Source: Oligoflexus sp.
Lineage (GTDB): Bacteria > Bdellovibrionota_B > Oligoflexia > Oligoflexales > Oligoflexaceae
NCBI GenBank assembly: GCA_041736305.1
Contig: JBGSTX010000095.1
Coordinates: 1-41,559, forward strand
Direction of reading: 5' to 3'
Length of the DNA: 41,559 bases
Position 1 is the first letter of the stretch. Each line of letters starts with the position of its first letter. The translations under genes and the position numbers were made by a program. Positions 35,483 through 41,559 of this stretch are shown in pieces. The notes under the pieces are model-generated. The model saw only the letters and a list, made by a program, of their open reading frames with translations, searched no databases and was not told the origin of the DNA.

Positions 35483-37084
35483 ATGCGAAGCCTTTGCTTC
35501 AAGACGCTCGTGCTCACGCGCCCTTTCTTAGTGGGTATTTTAAGTCTTTTTATGGCTTGCAGCTCCCATTCGGCAAAACTCAAAATTGAAGAAGGAATTC
35601 AGCCAATGAAGGGCTTGCGCGGTCAACCACAGGCAGAGATTTGGTTCCCAGGAACTCCGCAAGATGCTTTTCTCCAGGCAAAAAAGCAGAAAAAACTGGT
35701 GTTTCTCTACTGGGGGGCTATTTGGTGTCCACCCTGCAACGAACTTAAAGCGAACGTTTTTTCTAAGGCTCGTTTTGCAGAAATTATGCAGTCGTTCGTG
35801 CCCGTCTACCTCGATGGCGACACAGAGGAGGCGCAGATCTGGGGGGAGCAGCTCAAGATCTCTGGATACCCGACCGTACTCGTCCTCGACTCTGAGCGTC
35901 AGGAACTCTTTCGCTTGAACAGCAGCGTAAGCCTCGATGAGTTTGATAGCGCTCTGCAGGGATTGCTCGGGAAAAATCGAAATTTTGCTCGGGCTATCGA
36001 GGAGCTGCAGAAGCCTCAACCAGCTCTCGATCAGGCCGATTGGCGTTTGCTTGCCTTTGCGGACTGGATGCAACTTTCAGATAAGCCGGAAAATGTGCGC
36101 ATCGAACTCCTGCAAAAAGCTGCGGCCATCTGCCCTGAAAACTTGCAGAGTGAAAAAGCCCTCTTGACCGCGTCGCTGCTGTCGTTCGCCGCTAGCGCTG
36201 AAAATAATCCCAAGCAGACTACTCTAAAGACTTTGGCACCGTCTTATCTCAAGCTGATTTTTGCCGAGTCGGTGCGTTTGGGACCCTTGCGAGTCTTTAT
36301 TAATAATGAGGCAGGCAATTTCGCTGAGTGGCTCCATCCTGCCCCTTCTGGCAAAGACTATGAGGACTTTAAGAAACAGTGGCTCGACTCAGCTACGGCT
36401 ATTGCAAAGTCGGAAGCGGCTTCCATTGATACCCGCCTCTGGTCGATCAATCCTCGCCTACAATTTTTTCGACATGAGCAGAAGAGTGCAGAGGTCCCAG
36501 TCGATCTCAAGAAAGACGTGAAAGCTGCAGTTGAGCTTGCTGATCAGCAGGCTACTCAGGCTTTCGATCGGCATGCTGTGATTTCAGGTGCTGCTTTTTT
36601 ATTGCGACAGGTTAAGGATTATGACGGAGCCAGAGAACTGCTGAAAAAAGAAGCGACTCGATCGGATACCCCTTGGTATTACTACAGCAGTCTCGCGGCG
36701 CTCGAAGAAGAAGTTGGAAGCAAAAAAGAGGCTCAAAAATGGGCGGCTTTAGCCCGACAGAGCGCTCAGGGTCGCGCGAGTAAAATCCAATGGATCACCA
36801 GCGATATCTTAATGAATGCGAAACCTCAGGCGCCGGCGCAGCAGGCTTATCTCGCCAGCCTTGCGACCGAGTACTACGATTTAGCTACAGAACTTAGTGA
36901 TGGTTTCGTAGGTCGCAATCGGACGCGCGCTGAAAAGGTCAAAGAGGTGATGCTAGAGTTTAAAGCTGAGGCAGAATTCGTCCGTATCTTCAAAAAATAT
37001 GCGGATCGCTGCGCTCAGCTCCAAGGTGAGAACCAGAAATTCTGTCAGCAGCACTTCAAAAATATTGGCTACGTTTCTGAATAA
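35483..37084 (+). CDS. Thioredoxin-fold lipoprotein with long helical C-terminal region
   Basis: Lipobox-like FMAC; FLYWGAIWCPPC; VYLDGD; cis-Pro motif GYPT. Confidence 0.8.
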   Translation: MRSLCFKTLVLTRPFLVGILSLFMACSSHSAKLKIEEGIQPMKGLRGQPQAEIWFPGTPQDAFLQAKKQKKLVFLYWGAIWCPPCNELKANVFSKARFAEIMQSFVPVYLDGDTEEAQIWGEQLKISGYPTVLVLDSERQELFRLNSSVSLDEFDSALQGLLGKNRNFARAIEELQKPQPALDQADWRLLAFADWMQLSDKPENVRIELLQKAAAICPENLQSEKALLTASLLSFAASAENNPKQTTLKTLAPSYLKLIFAESVRLGPLRVFINNEAGNFAEWLHPAPSGKDYEDFKKQWLDSATAIAKSEAASIDTRLWSINPRLQFFRHEQKSAEVPVDLKKDVKAAVELADQQATQAFDRHAVISGAAFLLRQVKDYDGARELLKKEATRSDTPWYYYSSLAALEEEVGSKKEAQKWAALARQSAQGRASKIQWITSDILMNAKPQAPAQQAYLASLATEYYDLATELSDGFVGRNRTRAEKVKEVMLEFKAEAEFVRIFKKYADRCAQLQGENQKFCQQHFKNIGYVSE

Positions 37085-37099
37085 TTAGGAGGAAGCCCT

Positions 37100-38098
37100 A
37101 TGCGCTTTTTAGTGATCGGCGGAGCCGGCTATATAGGTTCCCACTTCGTATTAGAATCAAGCCGTCAGGGTCATGAATGCGTGGTCTATGATAATTTGAG
37201 TCGCGGTCACAGGTCAGCGGTTCCCAAGGGAATTCAATTGGTCGAGGCTGATCTCATGGATGCGAAGGCCTTGCATCGCACCCTCAAAGAAAAGCCCTTC
37301 GATGCTATTTTTCACTTTGCGGCTCTTGCTCTTGTGGGTGAGTCGGTGACTCAACCGGATCTCTACTACCGAAATAATACCGAAGGAGTCCGGATTCTTC
37401 TCGACGTTATGCGGGAGGGTTTCCGAGAAGCTCCCCTCATCTTTTCGTCGACCTGCGCCGTCTTCGGTACACCTCAGAAGCTGCCTATAGCCGAGGATGA
37501 TCCGAAGAATCCAATTTCGCCTTATGGGCGCTCCAAGTTGATGGCTGAGTGGTTGATGGAGGATTACTGCAGGGCCTATGGCCTCAAGGCGATGGCGCTG
37601 CGCTACTTTAATGCCTGCGGCGCTGAAGCTAGTGGGGATTGCGGTGAGGATCATCAGCCGGAGACTCACCTGATTCCGAATATACTTCGGGCGGTGGCTG
37701 CCAATGAGAAACTCACGATTTTTGGGCAGGACTTTCCGACGAAAGATGGGACCTGCGTTAGGGATTATATTCATGTGCTTGATCTGGCTGATGCGCACAT
37801 TAAAGCGGCTCTTTATCTCAAAAAGCAGAGTGCAGGGACCTTCGATGCTATGCATCTTGGGACGGGGCAGGGTTTCAGCAACCTTGAGATAGTAGAAGCG
37901 ACCTCAAAAGTCATTGGTAAGAAGATTGGCTACACCGTCGGCGAGCGGCGAGCTGGAGATCCGCCAGCGCTTTTCGCTGATAATCGCAAGGCGAAGAGCC
38001 TGATTGGATTCAATCCTCATCGCTCGAATCTCGAAACAATAATCACTTCGGCAACGAAGTGGCATCAGACGCATCCTGAGGGGTACCGCCACTTATAG
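37100..38098 (+). CDS. galE: UDP-glucose 4-epimerase
   Basis: GGAGYIGSH, HFAA..LVGES, FSSTCA, YGRSK, LRYFNACGA, PETHLIP, DGTCVRDYIHV. Confidence 0.96.
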   Translation: MRFLVIGGAGYIGSHFVLESSRQGHECVVYDNLSRGHRSAVPKGIQLVEADLMDAKALHRTLKEKPFDAIFHFAALALVGESVTQPDLYYRNNTEGVRILLDVMREGFREAPLIFSSTCAVFGTPQKLPIAEDDPKNPISPYGRSKLMAEWLMEDYCRAYGLKAMALRYFNACGAEASGDCGEDHQPETHLIPNILRAVAANEKLTIFGQDFPTKDGTCVRDYIHVLDLADAHIKAALYLKKQSAGTFDAMHLGTGQGFSNLEIVEATSKVIGKKIGYTVGERRAGDPPALFADNRKAKSLIGFNPHRSNLETIITSATKWHQTHPEGYRHL

Positions 38099-38115
38099 AG
38101 CGGCGGTATTTCTAG

Positions 38116-38991
38116 CTATTTTTGGCCATCCAAGCTGAGAAGAGGTCTATAGAGTTCAGGGCGCCGGTCGCGAAAAAAGCCCATGCCCGCTCTGAACTTT
38201 TGAGCTTCACTAAAGTCTAGTGAAGATGTGATCACGCCTTCAAAATCACTAGCTGCCTCAACCGTGATCTCCCCACGAAAATCGCTGACAAAAGAATGGC
38301 CATAGAAAGTGCAGCTGGCATCACCAAAGGCTTCCGTGCCGATGCGGTTCGCTGCGGCCACGTAGCAGGAGTTGCTCACAGCATGCCCTTGCATCGCTCT
38401 TTGCCACATGGCTGGAGTGTTAGGGGTCTCGACGAGCTCAGCTGGCTCGCTGCCGATCGCTGTCGGGTAGAGGAGAAGGTCGGCACCCTGGAGAGCCATG
38501 ATCCGTGCGCACTCGGGAAACCACTGGTCCCAGCAGATGCCGACTCCGATCCGGCCGTAACGTGTCGTCCAGGTGCGAAAACCGCTGTCGCCGGGATTGA
38601 AGTAGTATTTTTCCTCGTAGCCAGGGCCGTCGGGTATGTGGCTTTTGCGGTAAACGCCCAAACGCTGCCCGTCAGCATCAATCATGACTAGGCTGTTAAA
38701 GTGCGCCTGACCTGCCTTTTCAAAAAAACTGAGCGGTAGGACTACTCCGAGTTGAGCGGCGAGCTTTTGAAAACGAGGAACGAATGGGTGGGCATCGAGT
38801 GGATGTGCCCAAGAGAAATATTCTTCGCGCTCGACCTGGCAGAAGTAATGATTTTCAAAGAGCTCGGGTAAGAGGACTATTCGCGCGCCTTCGCTAGCCG
38901 CTCGGTGCACAAGTTCTTCAGCTTTTTGGATATTTTCTTGCAGATTGCGGCCGATTTGCATCTGCACGAGAGCGAGTTTGCTTACAGCCAT
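38116..38991 (-). CDS. aguB: N-carbamoylputrescine amidase
   Basis: Nitrilase triad LPELF / YRKSHIPDGPGYEEKYYF / GICWDQWFPE, and YPTAIGSEP. Start is 38991 (AAGGAG 9 nt upstream) or 39000. Confidence 0.95.
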   Translation of the reverse strand: MAVSKLALVQMQIGRNLQENIQKAEELVHRAASEGARIVLLPELFENHYFCQVEREEYFSWAHPLDAHPFVPRFQKLAAQLGVVLPLSFFEKAGQAHFNSLVMIDADGQRLGVYRKSHIPDGPGYEEKYYFNPGDSGFRTWTTRYGRIGVGICWDQWFPECARIMALQGADLLLYPTAIGSEPAELVETPNTPAMWQRAMQGHAVSNSCYVAAANRIGTEAFGDASCTFYGHSFVSDFRGEITVEAASDFEGVITSSLDFSEAQKFRAGMGFFRDRRPELYRPLLSLDGQK

Positions 38992-39100
38992 GAGACTCAT
39001 CTCCTTAGGGGGTTGCGAGGGCACGGGTCGGGGCCGTTGTTGTCCTGAAAACGACACTGCGGATGCACGATAGATCCTTTCATGAAGACCTTATTCTCTG

Positions 39101-39727
39101 TTATGGAATATTTTTCTTATTATGTGGATTGTCGTTTATCGTCACCACTCCGTTAGGCACAGGTGGCAGCGAGGGCGCCGGCTGCGTTGGAGCCGGCGGA
39201 CTTCCGCCCCCTGTTGCATCCGATGACGAGCCTGCTGCCACGGAGTCGAGTTCTTTTATCTCTGCATCGATCTGTGCTATCTCATCTTCGGTTCTCAGAT
39301 TGCAGTAGGTGGCCCCCGTGCCGCAAGTAAACGATAGAATGATCTTTGGAATAATAAGGGGTATCGCTGTAACCGCCACGCCGCAAGCAATTGCCGATCC
39401 AGCGCAAGCGGATTGTGCTAGCTGAATTCTCTTTTTATTCAGAACTAGAATATCTTTTCTTGTCGCTGTCCGGTCGGCGTTCATATAGTCGTCGCCGCCG
39501 TATTCTTGCCACAGTCTCCAGTTGAGCATGAAGACCTTCTTATGTCCATCGCCCACGTAGGTGAAGTTCGTCAGCGTATTGCCGTCTTTATAATTCGTGC
39601 ATCTCACGTTTGGACTGCTGCAATGTGAGCGCACGATACCTTGCCAGTACCAGGGTGTTTGAGTTACTGCAGCTTCGGAGACGGACGGCGTGAGGGTAAG
39701 AGATAGCGCGATTGCTAGCTTATGCAT
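39101..39727 (-). CDS. Secreted hypothetical protein with Cys-bracketed hydrophobic hairpin (toxin-like candidate)
   Basis: ATG 39727 overlaps the upstream stop (ATGCATAA); signal peptide ..SEA-A; CAGSAIAC-hydrophobic-CGTGATYC; acidic coiled-coil-like segment; Pro/Gly tail. Confidence 0.65.
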   Translation of the reverse strand: MHKLAIALSLTLTPSVSEAAVTQTPWYWQGIVRSHCSSPNVRCTNYKDGNTLTNFTYVGDGHKKVFMLNWRLWQEYGGDDYMNADRTATRKDILVLNKKRIQLAQSACAGSAIACGVAVTAIPLIIPKIILSFTCGTGATYCNLRTEDEIAQIDAEIKELDSVAAGSSSDATGGGSPPAPTQPAPSLPPVPNGVVTINDNPHNKKNIP

Positions 39728-39920
39728 TTCTTTTTTTCCTTGACCACTCGACGAGCATACGAGCGTAATAGCCGAGCATGACCAGGCCACCTGAGAGTAG
39801 ATATGATAGCGTTCGGTAGGTGTCGCCGTAGCCTAGGATGTAGGAAGCTATGAGCGGAAAGAAGAAAATTCCCATTACTAACGTGGTGTTGATGACCATC
39901 ATTTTTCTCTTACTGATCAT
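39720..39920 (-). CDS. Small two-TM membrane protein (66 aa)
   Basis: CAGGAG RBS 6 nt before ATG 39920; two hydrophobic helices with basic termini. Confidence 0.65.
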   Translation of the reverse strand: MISKRKMMVINTTLVMGIFFFPLIASYILGYGDTYRTLSYLLSGGLVMLGYYARMLVEWSRKKRNA

Positions 39921-40003
39921 TTTTTTCTCCTGCAAGAGTAAATCCGTCTTTGAACCGCGATGTCTTTCCGAGTCGTAGCAGTTATTGCCTAACTGAGCGC
40001 TTT

Positions 40004-41080
40004 CTAATCCGTCTTGGGCTCTTGCTGGGTTAGACAGTGAAAGCTGCCGCCACCGGTGATGATAAAGCGCGAAGGTAGTCCGATGACCTGATGCTTGCTA
40101 AACGCCTGACGCAGGATAGCGAGCGCGGGCTCGTCAGATGGATCACCGTACTGCGGAACGAGGACGGCGCCATTCGCCACATAGAAATTAGCATAAGTAG
40201 GTGGCAGGCGGGTGCCGTCGGCAAGTTCGAGACGCTCTCTCGGCAGGGGTAGATCGATGAGTTCGCAGCCTTTGCCGTTCGGCAGGCGGAGCTTTTTCAG
40301 AATCTCCTTATTTTCTTCCATACGTTCATAGTTGACGTCGCTTCGATCGAGGCACTGCGAATGGAGGATAGTCTGTTCGTCGGCAAAGCGCGTAATCGTA
40401 TCGATGTGACCATCGGTGTGATCACCTTCGAGGCCTAGCTTGAGCCAGACTAGCTGATCGATGCCGAGGTAGTCGCGAAGGGCGGCTTCGATTTCGGCCT
40501 TACCCAGCTGCGGGTTCCTCTTGGGACTGAGCAGGCACTGTTCGGTGGTTAGGCATAGGCCCTGGCCGTTGACCTCCAGCGAACCCCCTTCCATGATGAG
40601 AGGGTTTTCAAAGGAGGGAAGATCCAGGAAGCGAGTGATTTCCTTGGCGGCCTGATTATCGAGTTCCCAGTCGTATTTATCGCCCCAGGCATTGAATTCC
40701 CATTTAACGGGAGCTACCGGCGGTAAGGGACCCGCAGCTGGGCTCAGGTTTTCGCTCAGGGAACGGGTAAGGAAAATAGGTCCATTATCCCGCAGCCAGA
40801 CATCATCGAGTGGAACATCGTGAAGCTTGACACGCGCAACGCCCTGCAATGCTTCCGCTGCACTGCTGCGGGCTTCGGGGTCTCGGACTAGGAGATGCAC
40901 GGGGTCAAAGCGGGAAAGAGTCTTCACCAACTGGGTATACTCGGCTCGAACTTCGCGGAGGTGACCGTGCCACATCTCGTCATCGAAAGGCCAGCTCATC
41001 CAGGTCGCATTATGGGGGCTCCATTCGGCAGGCATTCGATAGCCGAGAGCGCGAGGTAAGCCAGAAAGTATGTGAGCCAT
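40004..41080 (-). CDS. aguA: Agmatine deiminase
   Basis: RMPAEW, DDVWLRDNGP, FNAWG, EGGS, DHTDGHID, YANFY, GGGSFHCLTQQ. Confidence 0.95.
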   Translation of the reverse strand: MAHILSGLPRALGYRMPAEWSPHNATWMSWPFDDEMWHGHLREVRAEYTQLVKTLSRFDPVHLLVRDPEARSSAAEALQGVARVKLHDVPLDDVWLRDNGPIFLTRSLSENLSPAAGPLPPVAPVKWEFNAWGDKYDWELDNQAAKEITRFLDLPSFENPLIMEGGSLEVNGQGLCLTTEQCLLSPKRNPQLGKAEIEAALRDYLGIDQLVWLKLGLEGDHTDGHIDTITRFADEQTILHSQCLDRSDVNYERMEENKEILKKLRLPNGKGCELIDLPLPRERLELADGTRLPPTYANFYVANGAVLVPQYGDPSDEPALAILRQAFSKHQVIGLPSRFIITGGGSFHCLTQQEPKTD

Positions 41081-41084
41081 AGAA

Positions 41085-41129
41085 GTAGTCCCCCAAGGTA
41101 GCTGAAGAAGCTACTTTCATAAAGACTAC
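41085..41129 (-). promoter_or_regulatory. RBS-occluding hairpin in the aguA 5' leader
   Basis: mRNA GUAGUCUUU…AAAGUAGCU-UCUUC-AGCUACCUU…GGGGACUAC, ending 4 nt before the ATG. Confidence 0.55.
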
Positions 41130-41196
41130 GCTGCCAAAATGCAACTATTTGCTGATTTCTTTCAGGGTCTTTTGCCTGGTGCTGTTTTGATCAATC

Positions 41197-41433
41197 ATGT
41201 ATCAGAAATTAACTATCATAAAAAGTGCGGTTCGAAAAACAGTGGAAAAAACGAATAGAAGAAAGCAGTGGAGAGCAAAGACTTTACTGAGCTGCTTTGC
41301 TTATCTGGGCTTGAGCCTCTGGTTTTGTCTCCCCTTCCTTGCGTCGGGCTCGAATCTGGGAATATTGGACTGGGATGTCCATTTCCTCTATTACGGATCA
41401 TTCTTCAAAAGCATTTATCAGGCTAGACCGTAA
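41197..41433 (+). pseudogene. Truncated N-terminus of a membrane protein (GT-C/YfhO-like start)
   Basis: TM helix followed by GILDWDVHFLYY..F.KSIYQ, resembling the start of large polytopic GT-C-type proteins; the frame stops abruptly three codons later. Confidence 0.4.
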
Positions 41434-41559
41434 TACTCCATCCATAACCCGTTCCGAGCCGGCGAGGAAATAAACGGGTTTGGGTGGAGATATAAGGGCT
41501 GCTGCTATCTCCCATATCGGAGATGTTGGTTTAAATCGCTTCGTGAACATAGCTTCTCT
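41421..41559 (-). mobile_element. Possible end of an insertion sequence (IS1595-like), running off the window
   Basis: Junction GGCTAGACCGTAATACTCC at the point of truncation; minus-strand frame open from the window edge (REAMFTKRF…, stop 41398) loosely resembles IS1595-family transposase C-termini. Confidence 0.35.

Noticed and set aside
37214-37855. 213-aa minus-strand ORF
   Set aside because: Antisense to galE, with no motifs.
39063-39308. 81-aa plus-strand ORF with a hydrophobic start
   Set aside because: Antisense to the better-supported 39101-39727 ORF, with no clear RBS.
1-41559. CRISPR arrays, tRNA/rRNA genes, integrases, prophage or recognisable anti-phage defence genes
   Set aside because: By eye I found no regularly spaced repeats, cloverleaf or rRNA signatures, or diagnostic protein motifs, and the intergenic gaps are short.

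Overview
This is a gene-dense bacterial chromosomal window with mid-range GC. Its gene repertoire suggests a Bdellovibrionota/Oligoflexia-like or other delta-type organism, which is inference only. Most of it is housekeeping or common metabolism: rpsA, a CbpA-like J-protein, ctaA, tesA-ybbA-ybbP, lysA, acuI/yhdH, pepN, rpsP-rimM-trmD, ligA, prephenate dehydratase, galE, aguA and aguB. Five things go beyond the ORF track. (1) A compact cobalamin riboswitch at 15838-15963 (minus strand) has a covarying kissing loop and a traceable RBS-sequestering switch. It heads a corrinoid-type ABC operon with two binding proteins and an unknown secreted His/Cys protein followed by an internal terminator. (2) A two-gene cassette, a small 2-TM protein plus a secreted protein with a Cys-bracketed hydrophobic hairpin, is wedged between aguA and aguB and resembles a toxin/immunity pair. 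(3) Back-to-back sigma-28-type promoters with a 12-nt spacer drive non-flagellar envelope/hydrolase genes. (4) A long hairpin with G-U pairs occludes the aguA RBS. (5) A probable IS end truncates a membrane-protein gene at the right edge of the window.
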